Below are positions 19,560-28,173 of a stretch of 32,000 nucleotides of DNA, piece after piece (position 1 is the stretch's first letter; the number at the start of each line of letters is the position of its first letter). Below the pieces are notes generated by a model that searched no databases, was not told the DNA's origin, and worked only from the letters and a program-made list of their open reading frames with translations. The stretch comes from Nitrosopumilus maritimus SCM1 (GTDB lineage: Archaea > Thermoproteota > Nitrososphaeria > Nitrososphaerales > Nitrosopumilaceae), in contig NC_010085.1 of the NCBI RefSeq assembly GCF_000018465.1, positions 600,001 to 632,000 on the forward strand, read 5' to 3'. The position numbers were made by a program, and so were the translations under genes.

Positions 19560-20353
19560 CAGAATCTGGTAACATCACAACGGATGTAGATTCTTTACGT
19601 TCAGAGATAAGAGACAAAAGTGTTAGAGTAATTGATGTAAGGCGAGAAGATGATTACAAAAAGGATCATATTTCTACTGCAGTAAATCTACCTTTAGCAA
19701 ATCTTTTGTCTGATGATAGTCCTGAACGTGTTGTAAAATTAGTAAACTCAATGGGAATTGATGATGAAACTCGTGTTGTAGTTTATGATGATACCTTTGG
19801 AGCATTAGCATCTAGAGTTGCATGGACTTTGGAATACCTTGGACATTCAGATGTAAGTTTGCTTGAAACTACCTATAGTAACTGGAAATCCCTTGGTTTA
19901 GAAAGCGATTCTGACACACCTGATATTCAAAGTAAAGAACATTCTATGAATCTTCAATCTGATATTTTGGCTACTTCTGATTATTTGGAATCTGCAAAAG
20001 AACGTGATGATGTTATTCTAATTGATAATAGGGAGAGATTGAACTTCCTTGAACAACACATTCCTGGTGCAATTAGTCTTCCATACAGAACACTTGCATC
20101 AAATGACAAAATCTTACGTCCAAAAGAGGACATGAAACGCTTACTCGATAATCGTGGTGTATCTGGAAATACTGAAATCATTACTTATTGTGGAAGTGTA
20201 GGAACTCTTTCTGGATTGGCATATTATGCACTCAAAACTGCAGGCTTGCCAAACGCAAAACTATACGTTCGTTCTTTCAAAGAATGGAAAAATCTTCAAA
20301 AACCTACTGCAAAACAAGAAGATGCAAACTATTGGGACCTATCTGCTGAATAG
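19547..20353 (+). CDS. Two-domain rhodanese (thiosulfate/3-mercaptopyruvate sulfurtransferase family)
   Basis: 268 aa. RVIDVRREDDYKKDHISTAVNLP, LIDNRERLNFLEQHIPGAISLP, active loop TYCGSVGTLSG. GTG start overlapping the reductase 3' end by 13 nt. Confidence 0.88.
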   Translation: MCCLTESGNITTDVDSLRSEIRDKSVRVIDVRREDDYKKDHISTAVNLPLANLLSDDSPERVVKLVNSMGIDDETRVVVYDDTFGALASRVAWTLEYLGHSDVSLLETTYSNWKSLGLESDSDTPDIQSKEHSMNLQSDILATSDYLESAKERDDVILIDNRERLNFLEQHIPGAISLPYRTLASNDKILRPKEDMKRLLDNRGVSGNTEIITYCGSVGTLSGLAYYALKTAGLPNAKLYVRSFKEWKNLQKPTAKQEDANYWDLSAE

Positions 20354-21481
20354 TTAAGAAATTTCGTTTCTAAGTTTTTTGGTAATTGTAACTTCAATGT
20401 TATCAAATACTACTAACATCTTTTCTTTATTCTCTTCAAAGTAATCGTTTCCTCTATCTTTTAGTCTAATTTTCCATAATCTGATTTCTCTATGTTCATC
20501 AAAGAAATTTTCAATCATGTGTTCGCCTGATTTTTTTGGATCAATAAATTCTTCAAATATCTCTATTGCCTTTTCTGCATTTTCTTCTTCAATTGCCTCT
20601 TTTGCAATTTGAATTGCTTGACTCAATTCTTTTAGATTCTTTACTGGCTTTGGTAACTTCTTTCTTGTAATTCCAAACAATCCTTTCTTCTCTTTGCCCA
20701 TTTTCTCTGCAACATTTGGTGCAAGATCATAGACTGGAATTCTACTTAGACCGTCTCTCTTTTCGTTTTTAACAATCAATCCTTTCTCTAATAATTTTCT
20801 TAATGCATCTTCTGCATCTTTCTTATCTAGAAATGTTGTCCATACTATTGAACCAATTGTGTGATACCCTTGTCTAACTGATTCTAAAACAACTACTTCT
20901 TGAATTCTTTTGAATCCTTCTTCAACTCTGACATTAACAAAATCTTTATCTCTAATTGATTTTCTTGCATTCTTTACATCAATTTCAATTGAACGTTTCA
21001 ATGATTCCAATGATTCTGGAACTTGATTTAGTAATGATAAGAAACATGCCTTGTTGTACCAAGCCATTCCGTATGTTGGATCAGTTTCAATTGCTTTTTC
21101 AACTGAGTCAAGAGCTTTAGAATAATTTTTTTGCTCATAATGTACTAATCCCTTTAGATTCCAAGCCTCTGGATTTGTAACATCAATGTCTAAAATTTTA
21201 TCATATACTCTTAGTGCTTCGTGATGATCATCAAGATGGAACCTTGCATAACCTAATTTCAGTAATGTTTCAACGTTATCTGGATCTATTCTTAGTGCTT
21301 GCTCAAAAACTGTAATGGCCTCTTCGAGTTTTTCATCTGCCATGAGATTAACTCCTTTCTTAAAGAGTCTCTTTCGATTGTAATCAACATCTACTAATGA
21401 TGTCTCTTTGGACACTTTCTCTACTTTAGGTTCTTCTTCTTTTTCCTCTGATTTTTTTCCGAAAGGTTTCTTCACTAGCAC
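20354..21481 (-). CDS. TPR-repeat protein
   Basis: 375 aa. At least three tandem TPRs (EEAITVFEQALRIDPDNVETLLKLGYARFHLDDHHEALRVYDKILDIDVTNPEAWNLKGLVHYEQKNYSKALDSVEKAIETDPTYGMAWYNKA). Confidence 0.88.
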   Translation of the reverse strand: MLVKKPFGKKSEEKEEEPKVEKVSKETSLVDVDYNRKRLFKKGVNLMADEKLEEAITVFEQALRIDPDNVETLLKLGYARFHLDDHHEALRVYDKILDIDVTNPEAWNLKGLVHYEQKNYSKALDSVEKAIETDPTYGMAWYNKACFLSLLNQVPESLESLKRSIEIDVKNARKSIRDKDFVNVRVEEGFKRIQEVVVLESVRQGYHTIGSIVWTTFLDKKDAEDALRKLLEKGLIVKNEKRDGLSRIPVYDLAPNVAEKMGKEKKGLFGITRKKLPKPVKNLKELSQAIQIAKEAIEEENAEKAIEIFEEFIDPKKSGEHMIENFFDEHREIRLWKIRLKDRGNDYFEENKEKMLVVFDNIEVTITKKLRNEIS

Positions 21482-21558
21482 AAAATGCTGTTTTATCTAG
21501 ATAAATACTATCCTTCGTGAGCCTAAAAAATAATTCAATTCCTACTCTAATCATGCGA

Positions 21559-21567
21559 TCTAAATAC
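21559..21567 (+). promoter_or_regulatory. Possible archaeal TATA box (TCTAAATAC) for the collagen-like gene; spacing suggests a short or absent leader
   Basis: Box sits roughly 30-37 nt upstream of the GTG start at 21596. Archaeal TATA-to-TSS spacing would put initiation near 21590. Confidence 0.35.
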
Positions 21568-21595
21568 AGAAATACTTGAAGTATAAACAATCGTT

Positions 21596-23224
21596 GTGTC
21601 GTCTCAATCTAGATTAGAAATCCAAGGTCAGGCACCATTCAAGCAATCTGGCGTCTATGAGGCTCAAATTGCAATCGTTGGCAGCCGACCTTCTGATGCA
21701 CAAATTAAATCTAAACAATTCACATCTCTTTGGCGTGGAAATTTCCATCTACGAGTTAAAGATGGAGTATTTTCTGAAACAATTGGTTCTCCTGAAAACC
21801 CAATTCCATCATCTGTCTTAGAATTAGAAACAATTTGGATAGTTGTAACTGATCTGTTTTCATCACTACATTCTGTATTTGATGTCCCATTATCAAAACC
21901 AAAATCTTCCCCAAAACCTCCTGAATCAAAACCTTCTGAAACTAAATCAAATCTTGAAACTCCAAAACAAACACGTTCAACAAAATCAACTCAAAGCACT
22001 CCTGGCGTACGAGGTAGCCCTGGTGAAAAAGGCGCACCTGGATTACAAGGTCCAACTGGTGACAAAGGTCCACAAGGTCCTCCCGGCCCAACTGGTCCTC
22101 CCGGTGACAAAGGTCCTGACGGTCCACAAGGTCCTCCCGGTGACAAAGGTCCAACTGGTGACAAAGGCCCTGCAGGTGACAAAGGTATTGCTGGAGATAA
22201 AGGAATTACTGGTGACAAAGGAATTACTGGAGATAAAGGTGATAAAGGTGACAAAGGAATTCCTGGTCCCGTTGGTGATAAAGGTGACAAAGGAGCAACT
22301 GGTCCAATCGGAGAAAAAGGTCCAACTGGATTAAAAGGCCCAATCGGTGAAAAAGGAGAAAAAGGTCCAACTGGTCCTCCCGGCGACAAAGGATTATCTG
22401 GATTAAAAGGTCCTCCCGGTGAAAAAGGAGAAAAAGGTCCAACTGGTCCTCCCGGCGATAAAGGTTTAACTGGTCCTGTCGGAACTCCTGGAGAAAAAGG
22501 TCCAACCGGACAAGCAGGAGTTCAAGGAGAAAAAGGAATTCAAGGTGGTCCTGGTCCAATCGGAGAAAAAGGTCCAGCAGGTCCAGTTGGTGACAAAGGT
22601 CCAATCGGTCCAGCAGGTCCTCTTGGCGACAAAGGATTATCTGGTCCAACCGGAGTTCCTGGTGACAAAGGTCCAATCGGTCCTCCTGGTCCAATCGGAG
22701 AAAAAGGTCCTAAAGGAACTGAAGGTCCAATCGGAGAAAAAGGTCCACAAGGTCCACAAGGTCCAGCTGGTGCTAAAGGATTAACAGGCGTTCCTGGTCC
22801 ACAAGGTGAAAAAGGAGAAAAAGGTCCAACAGGTCCGCCCGGAGAAAAAGGATTAACAGGTCCAGCAGGTCCACCTGGAGAAATTGGTACAGTTGGTCCA
22901 CAAGGTTCTCAAGGAGAACGCGGTCCAACAGGTCCATCAGGAGAAAAAGGTCCACAAGGTCCACAAGGAATTCAAGGTCCGCAAGGAGAACGCGGCCCAA
23001 CTGGTCCAATCGGTTCTATTGGTGAAGCAGGTCCTCGTGGAGAACAAGGCCCATTAGGTCCAGCAGGACCAAGAGGTCCACCCGGTCCACCAGGCGAAAA
23101 AGGTCCATCAGGTGGAATGTCTTCTGAACAAAAAGCATTGTTCAAAGAATTGCTAGAAATACTAACTGAGAAAAATATCATTAGCACTGAAGAACAAATC
23201 AAACTAATGAGTTATCTTTACTAG
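21596..23224 (+). CDS. Collagen-like (Gly-X-Y) repeat protein with N-terminal head domain and short helical tail
   Basis: 542 aa. Head domain aa 1-136, then 124 uninterrupted Gly-X-Y triplets by hand count, then a 34-aa C-terminal segment. GTG start. Confidence 0.93.
   Translation: MSSQSRLEIQGQAPFKQSGVYEAQIAIVGSRPSDAQIKSKQFTSLWRGNFHLRVKDGVFSETIGSPENPIPSSVLELETIWIVVTDLFSSLHSVFDVPLSKPKSSPKPPESKPSETKSNLETPKQTRSTKSTQSTPGVRGSPGEKGAPGLQGPTGDKGPQGPPGPTGPPGDKGPDGPQGPPGDKGPTGDKGPAGDKGIAGDKGITGDKGITGDKGDKGDKGIPGPVGDKGDKGATGPIGEKGPTGLKGPIGEKGEKGPTGPPGDKGLSGLKGPPGEKGEKGPTGPPGDKGLTGPVGTPGEKGPTGQAGVQGEKGIQGGPGPIGEKGPAGPVGDKGPIGPAGPLGDKGLSGPTGVPGDKGPIGPPGPIGEKGPKGTEGPIGEKGPQGPQGPAGAKGLTGVPGPQGEKGEKGPTGPPGEKGLTGPAGPPGEIGTVGPQGSQGERGPTGPSGEKGPQGPQGIQGPQGERGPTGPIGSIGEAGPRGEQGPLGPAGPRGPPGPPGEKGPSGGMSSEQKALFKELLEILTEKNIISTEEQIKLMSYLY
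22004..23119 (+). repeat. Gly-X-Y coding repeat tract
   Basis: Every third residue is Gly from [10 protein letters not shown] to GPSGGM. Dominated by [15 protein letters not shown] and GPI triplets. Confidence 0.92.
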
Positions 23225-23359
23225 TTTTTTAAAATAATTTTTTAAAAATTTTTCTTACAAATTTTTTATTCAAAAATATTTTCGAATAGTTTTCACTAAT
23301 CTGTTTTAGAAAAATGGAAAACAATTCGTCTTGTGACGATTGTTAATTTGTTGACGAGT

Positions 23360-23740
23360 TTATCTTCGTCTTTTTGCTGCTTTTCTCTTTGGAGCGGCTT
23401 TGCGTTTTGCTGCTGCCTTTCTCTTTGGAGCTGCTTTTTTAGCTGCAGTCTTTCTTTTTGCTGCTTTTCTCTTTGGAGCGGCTTTGCGTTTTGCTGCTGC
23501 CTTTCTCTTTGGAGCTGCTTTTTTAGCTGCAGTCTTTCTTTTTGCTGCTTTTCTCTTTGGAGCGGCTTTGCGTTTTGCTGCTGCCTTTCTCTTTGGAGCT
23601 GATTTTTTAGCTGCAGTCTTTCTTTTAGCGGCCTTTCTCTTTGGAGCTGCTTTTCTCTTTGGAGCTGCTTTGCGTTTTGCTGCTGCTTTTCTCTTTGGAG
23701 CTGCTTTTCTCTTTGGAGCGGCTTTTCGTTTAGCTGCCAT
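23360..23740 (-). CDS. Histone-H1-tail-like Lys/Arg/Ala/Pro-rich basic repeat protein
   Basis: 126 aa, MAAKRKAAPKRKAAPKRKAAAKRKAAPKRKAA...KRRR. Composed almost entirely of A, K, R, P, T and S. Confidence 0.85.
   Translation of the reverse strand: MAAKRKAAPKRKAAPKRKAAAKRKAAPKRKAAPKRKAAKRKTAAKKSAPKRKAAAKRKAAPKRKAAKRKTAAKKAAPKRKAAAKRKAAPKRKAAKRKTAAKKAAPKRKAAAKRKAAPKRKAAKRRR
23417..23668 (-). repeat. 84-bp tandem repeat, about three copies, encoding APKRKAAAKRKAAPKRKAAKRKTAAKKA
   Basis: The segment CCTTTCTCTTTGGAGCTG recurs at about 23416, 23500 and 23584, a spacing of 84 bp (28 codons). Confidence 0.8.
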
Positions 23741-23856
23741 GGTTTGATCGACATTTTCATTCTTTTTCAGTGGTTAAACTAAAGAAATTTACACAAAGTG
23801 ATTACAATTTCTCAAGTAATTTTTTTCACAAAAAATTAATTTTGATCGTAAATTTT

Positions 23857-24033
23857 TCAATAAACTCCTTCAGCAGACGGTCTTCTACCTTGCAACCAAC
23901 TTGTTTTTCCACAAATTGTACATTTGTACTTTCTTCTACGCTTGTATGTTGCCATTTCAGGTAAGAAAATTAGTTCTTGTTTTGTTTTTGTCATGCAAAA
24001 TTTACACCAACGATGTTCAAAATCTTGATCCAT
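23857..24033 (-). CDS. Small zinc-ribbon-like protein (not in the supplied ORF track)
   Basis: 58 aa by my translation: MDQDFEHRWCKFCMTKTKQELIFLPEMATYKRRRKYKCTICGKTSWLQGRRPSAEGVY*. Two CxxC pairs. Confidence 0.75.
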   Translation of the reverse strand: MDQDFEHRWCKFCMTKTKQELIFLPEMATYKRRRKYKCTICGKTSWLQGRRPSAEGVY

Positions 24034-24049
24034 GTTTACACTTTTTTAA

Positions 24050-25159
24050 TTATGTTCCGCGTGTTTTGATAATTGTTAACACATCTTCGTCTTGTAAAAT
24101 ATGACTCAAACCTACTCTTTGTCCTCCAAACTTTACACTCTTTCCCCAAACCATTCCATATCTGAACTCTCTTTTCATTCTTCGATGTAACTTGTTACAA
24201 ATATCTTCAACAGTATCTCCTTCTCTTGCAATTAATGGTTCTTTGAAATCTGTTTCTCCTCCTTTTGGTCGCATGTATATTCTAATGAACTTTAATTTTT
24301 CATAGATTTTTTCTTTTAATTGTTCAATATTGATATCTGAATTTGCAGACACTTCGATTACATCTGATTTTATTTTTGTTTTCAAATCATCTAGGAATTT
24401 TTTATCAACTAGATCAATTTTGTTTAAAATTGTAAGTGCTTTTGAATAACTTATGTTTCCTGCAATGTGGTCTGATAGTTGTTCTGATGTAATATCTTCT
24501 CTAACAACTACTCTTGCACTAACTATTCCATAAAGATGTAAGATATCTTTCAAATGTTTTTCTGTAATTCTTGTAAGCTTTACTTGTTGTGCAATTGCAA
24601 TACCTCCCATTGATGCTTTTTCAATGGTAATGTTTGGTGGGAGTTGATTTAATCTAATTCCGATATTTCCTAATTCGTTAACTAGTACATCCTCATGATA
24701 TGGCTGAAATACATCTAAAACCAGTAATACCAAATCTGCGGTTCTTGCTACTGATAGTATTCTCTTTCCTAATCCTTTTCCTGTTGATGCACCTTTGATG
24801 ATTCCTGGTAAATCTAGTACCTGAATTTTTGCTCCTCTGTATTCCATCATTCCTGGAACTACTGTTAGAGTTGTGAATTGAAATGCTCCTACTGCTGACT
24901 TTGCACCTGTTAGTCGGTTTAGCAGTGTTGATTTTCCTACACTTGGTAATCCGATAAACACAACTGTTGCATCACCTGTTCTTCTAACATCAAACCCATC
25001 TGATTTCATTCCAGATTTTTTTGCAACATTGTCTTCTTGTTCTCGTTTGAGTTTTGCAATTTTTGCTTTTAGTAATCCAAGATGGTGTTCTGTAGCTTTG
25101 TTAATTTGAGTTCTCGCCATCTCATCTTGAATGGCTTTAATTTTTTCAGGAATTCCCAA
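24050..25159 (-). CDS. DRG-family (OBG-like) GTP-binding protein with C-terminal TGS domain
   Basis: 369 aa. VVFIGLPSVGKSTLLNRLTGAKS, QVLDLPGIIKGAS, ILNKIDLV, C-terminal RPKGGETDFKEPLIAREGDTVEDICNKLH. Confidence 0.94.
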   Translation of the reverse strand: MGIPEKIKAIQDEMARTQINKATEHHLGLLKAKIAKLKREQEDNVAKKSGMKSDGFDVRRTGDATVVFIGLPSVGKSTLLNRLTGAKSAVGAFQFTTLTVVPGMMEYRGAKIQVLDLPGIIKGASTGKGLGKRILSVARTADLVLLVLDVFQPYHEDVLVNELGNIGIRLNQLPPNITIEKASMGGIAIAQQVKLTRITEKHLKDILHLYGIVSARVVVREDITSEQLSDHIAGNISYSKALTILNKIDLVDKKFLDDLKTKIKSDVIEVSANSDINIEQLKEKIYEKLKFIRIYMRPKGGETDFKEPLIAREGDTVEDICNKLHRRMKREFRYGMVWGKSVKFGGQRVGLSHILQDEDVLTIIKTRGT

Positions 25160-25161
25160 TA

Positions 25162-25389
25162 CTATTCACTCCTTGCTAGTTTCTTTTCAAATAAAATCGT
25201 ATTATTTTTTTTAATTTTCTTTATTCTGCTGATTGGTATTGTTTGTAGATTATCTGACTGAATCAAGAATTCTGGCAAAGTTGTTTCAACTATTCTTTCA
25301 AAATTTCTGTAGAAAATTTTGTATGACTCTGATTTATCTGCGAATTTTGCTTTACTAAAAATCTCTGCAATTATTCCCTTTTTTGCCAT
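25162..25389 (-). CDS. Small hypothetical protein, possibly MJ1316/DUF504 (UPF0248)-like
   Basis: 75 aa. YKIFYRNFERIVETTLPEFL...NLQTIPISRIKKIKKNNTILFEKK resembles the IPxHRI region of that family. Close behind drg. Confidence 0.5.
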   Translation of the reverse strand: MAKKGIIAEIFSKAKFADKSESYKIFYRNFERIVETTLPEFLIQSDNLQTIPISRIKKIKKNNTILFEKKLARSE

Positions 25390-25480
25390 GTTTTGAGTAA
25401 AATTACTACATTAATGAACAATACGCATTTCTTTTTGTTTTATACGTAGCAAATATTATTCAGTACAAAAAACATTTGAT

Positions 25481-26176
25481 GTGAAAAAAAGAACTTTTGC
25501 TGTAGATATTGATGGAACTATCACTGAAAATGGTGGAGGACGAATTCATCTTGATGCATTAGAATCACTAAGGCGTCTTGTTAACATGGGTCATGATGTA
25601 ATTTTTGTAACTGGGCGATCATCAGTTGAAGGGTTTTTGCTTTCAGTGTTTGGAGGTACAACAAAAGTATCTGTGGGTGAAAATGGTGGATGCATCACTC
25701 TTGATTCAAACGATCATATTTTGCTTGGCAATCTTGAAGAATGCAAAAATGCACTGAATATTTTGAAAAATAATATGGAAAATGTAGAAGAAAAATATGT
25801 TTTTCCACGAATGACTGAGGTTGTATTGCAACGAACATTTGATCTCGATCAAGCAAGAAAAATCCTATCTGAAAACAATATTGATGTTGTATTGTCTGAT
25901 AGCCAGTATGCTTACCACATTAACTCTCCTGGAATCGATAAAGGCACTGGGTTTACTGAAATTATGAAAAAATTCTCAATATCTCGAGATGATGTTATTG
26001 CAATTGGTGATAGTGCAACTGATGTTCCTTTATTCAAAGTAGCAAAGACAAGTGTTGCGTTAGGCAACGCATCTGATGATGTAAAATCTGAGGCTACAAT
26101 GACTGTGTCTGCACATGCAGGTGATGGAGTACTTGAAGCATTAGATAAATTAGCACCCATATTATCTGAGATATAG
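25481..26176 (+). CDS. Archaeal-type phosphoglycolate phosphatase (HAD, Cof-like)
   Basis: 231 aa. FAVDIDGTITENGGG, VTGRSSVEG, VIAIGDSATDVPLFKVAKTSVALGNA. Confidence 0.88.
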   Translation: MKKRTFAVDIDGTITENGGGRIHLDALESLRRLVNMGHDVIFVTGRSSVEGFLLSVFGGTTKVSVGENGGCITLDSNDHILLGNLEECKNALNILKNNMENVEEKYVFPRMTEVVLQRTFDLDQARKILSENNIDVVLSDSQYAYHINSPGIDKGTGFTEIMKKFSISRDDVIAIGDSATDVPLFKVAKTSVALGNASDDVKSEATMTVSAHAGDGVLEALDKLAPILSEI

Positions 26177-26177
26177 T

Positions 26178-28064
26178 ATGACTTTCAAATCTATACTTGA
26201 TGAAATTGAAAATAATCTTAACAAAATTCTAGACGATCTTTCTATTTCTGATGTAAAATTCTCTGTGGAACCTGCAAAGCCTGGATTCGGTGATGTTAGT
26301 TCTAATGTCTCCTTCTTACTTGCAAAACAACTCAAGAAAAGCCCTAAAGAAATTTCAGAAATGTTGTCTGAGAAATATTCACAATGTGTTAGTACTCTCG
26401 TTTCAAAATCTGAATCTCATCCATCAGGATATCTGAATTTCTATGCTGACTGGCCAAAATTAAACCAGTTAATTTTATCTGAATCAAACTTGCCTGAGTT
26501 TGGAGATGTTGATATTGGAAAAAATTCTACTATTGTAGTTGAACACACTAGTGTAAATCCAAACAAAGCTCTTCATATTGGTCATATACGTAACATCATA
26601 ATCGGTGACACCATTTCCAGAATTTTACAAAAGGCAAACTACAAAGTTAATGTCTTAAACTATGTAGATGATTCTGGATTACAAGTTGCAGACATTATTG
26701 TTGGTTTCAAACATTTTGGATATCCGATAGAACCACCTCAAGGAAAGAAATTTGATCATTATTGTGGTGATGATGTTTATGTTAAAACCACCGAGAAATA
26801 TGAACAAGATTCTAGTTTAGAGGAAATTCGAAAAAATGTTCTCAAAGAATTAGAAGATGGAACTTCTGAAACTGCTCAATTTGCTGATAAAATCACACGT
26901 CGTGTACTCTCTAACCAACTTGAGACCTGCTGGAATCTAGCAGTTTCTTATGATTGCCTAAATTTTGAATCTCAGATTATACGTTCAGGTTTGTGGGATG
27001 GAATTTTTGAAAAACTCAAAGAAATGAACCTTGTAGAATTTGAAAATGACGGAAAAAACGCTGGATGTTGGGTTATTCGAGGTGAAGGAAAAGAAGAGGA
27101 TAAAGTGATTGTTAGAAGCAATGGCACTGCCACATACATTGCAAAAGACATTCCATATGCAGCATGGAAATTGGGATTGCTTGATGATCCATTCCATTAT
27201 GAAAAATATGAAAAAGAACAACCAAACTCTCGTGTTCTATGGCAAACTATACTAAATGATGGTGCTTCTGAATCTCAAAATTTCTCTGGTGATAAAGTAA
27301 TTACAGTAATAGATTCTCGTCAAGCAAGATTACAAAAAATTATCACTTCTTTAATGGGAAAATTCAAATCAATTCCTGATGCGTATGTTCACCTAGGATA
27401 TGAATCAGTCACACTAAGTTCTGATACTGCAAAAATTCTTGGATTAGAAACTGATGGCAAACAAGCTCAAATGTCTGGCAGAAAAGGATTGTATGTTAAT
27501 GCTGATTCTGTTTATGATTTACTAAAAGAAAAAACAACTGAAGAAACCAAGAAGAGACATCCTGAGATGGATGACTCTGAGATTGAAAAAATTTCTCATT
27601 CTGTATCTGTTGCAACATTACGTTATGAGATGATCAAACAAGATTTAGACAAAATCATTGCATTTGATTTAACAAAATCTCTTAGCTTGGAAGGTGACAC
27701 TGCACCATATATTCAATACACTCATGCAAGAGCATCTAGAATTTTAGAAAAATCTGGAAGAACTCCTTCTATTGATGTTGATTTCTCTTTACTCAAAGAA
27801 CAATCTGAAATTGATTTAGTAAAGATGATTGGCCTTTTCAATTTACAAGTTCGTGATGCTGCAAATAACTTGTCTCCAAAAGTAATTTCTAGATATTGTC
27901 ATGATTTGGCAGTTACCTTCAACTCTTTTTATGAAAAATCAAAGGTACTTGATTTAGGTGATGAAAAATTAGAAAATTCACGTCTATGTTTGGTAAATTC
28001 ATTCAAGATAACTATTGAAAAAGCATTGAATCTTTTGGGAATTTCTGCACCTGATAAGATGTAA
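26178..28064 (+). CDS. argS: Arginyl-tRNA synthetase
   Basis: 628 aa. VEHTSVNPNKALHIGHIRNIIIGD, YVDDSGLQVAD, QMSGRKG, YTHARASRIL in the anticodon-binding region. Confidence 0.95.
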   Translation: MTFKSILDEIENNLNKILDDLSISDVKFSVEPAKPGFGDVSSNVSFLLAKQLKKSPKEISEMLSEKYSQCVSTLVSKSESHPSGYLNFYADWPKLNQLILSESNLPEFGDVDIGKNSTIVVEHTSVNPNKALHIGHIRNIIIGDTISRILQKANYKVNVLNYVDDSGLQVADIIVGFKHFGYPIEPPQGKKFDHYCGDDVYVKTTEKYEQDSSLEEIRKNVLKELEDGTSETAQFADKITRRVLSNQLETCWNLAVSYDCLNFESQIIRSGLWDGIFEKLKEMNLVEFENDGKNAGCWVIRGEGKEEDKVIVRSNGTATYIAKDIPYAAWKLGLLDDPFHYEKYEKEQPNSRVLWQTILNDGASESQNFSGDKVITVIDSRQARLQKIITSLMGKFKSIPDAYVHLGYESVTLSSDTAKILGLETDGKQAQMSGRKGLYVNADSVYDLLKEKTTEETKKRHPEMDDSEIEKISHSVSVATLRYEMIKQDLDKIIAFDLTKSLSLEGDTAPYIQYTHARASRILEKSGRTPSIDVDFSLLKEQSEIDLVKMIGLFNLQVRDAANNLSPKVISRYCHDLAVTFNSFYEKSKVLDLGDEKLENSRLCLVNSFKITIEKALNLLGISAPDKM

Positions 28065-28067
28065 TGT

Positions 28068-28109
28068 CCCAGTGAGTGCACTACACGAATGCTGGCTGTT
28101 CTCACTGGG
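28068..28109. repeat. Inverted repeat CCCAGTGAG...CTCACTGGG (9-bp arms, 24-nt loop)
   Basis: Perfect arms at 28068-28076 and 28101-28109, just after the argS stop in a GC-richer patch. Confidence 0.6.
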
Positions 28110-28173
28110 TTGTTGGCGTGCAAACCAATTATTGTATAGAGAATATTTTAAACCAATAAGTGTTGTGAAATTC

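Noticed and set aside
21879-23202. Multiple ORFs overlapping the collagen-like gene on both strands (Leu/Val/Lys-rich or Pro/Leu/Ser-rich)
   Set aside because: Shadow frames created by Gly-X-Y codon periodicity, with no independent family features.
22004-23668. Possible CRISPR array
   Set aside because: Repeats are in-frame coding units (9-nt periodicity, then 84-bp tandem units) with no unique spacers and no cas genes nearby.
23296-23760. 154-aa minus-strand ORF (MKMSIKPWQLNEKPLQREKQ...) and the plus-strand FCCFSLWS/FLFGAA ORFs at 23333-23602 and 23400-23747
   Set aside because: These are other-frame readings of the 84-bp repeat tract. The Ala/Lys/Arg/Pro frame (23360-23740) gives a recognisable H1-tail-like protein, so the others are treated as shadow ORFs.
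28064-28140. Possible tRNA after argS
   Set aside because: There is a GC-richer patch with an inverted repeat, but no TpsiC-arm GTTCRANNC consensus or complete cloverleaf could be placed.
28072-28173. Upstream extension of the deiminase ORF (MSALHECWLFSLGCWRANQ...)
   Set aside because: It covers the inverted repeat, adds a non-family N-terminus and would bury the clear signal peptide beginning at 28174.
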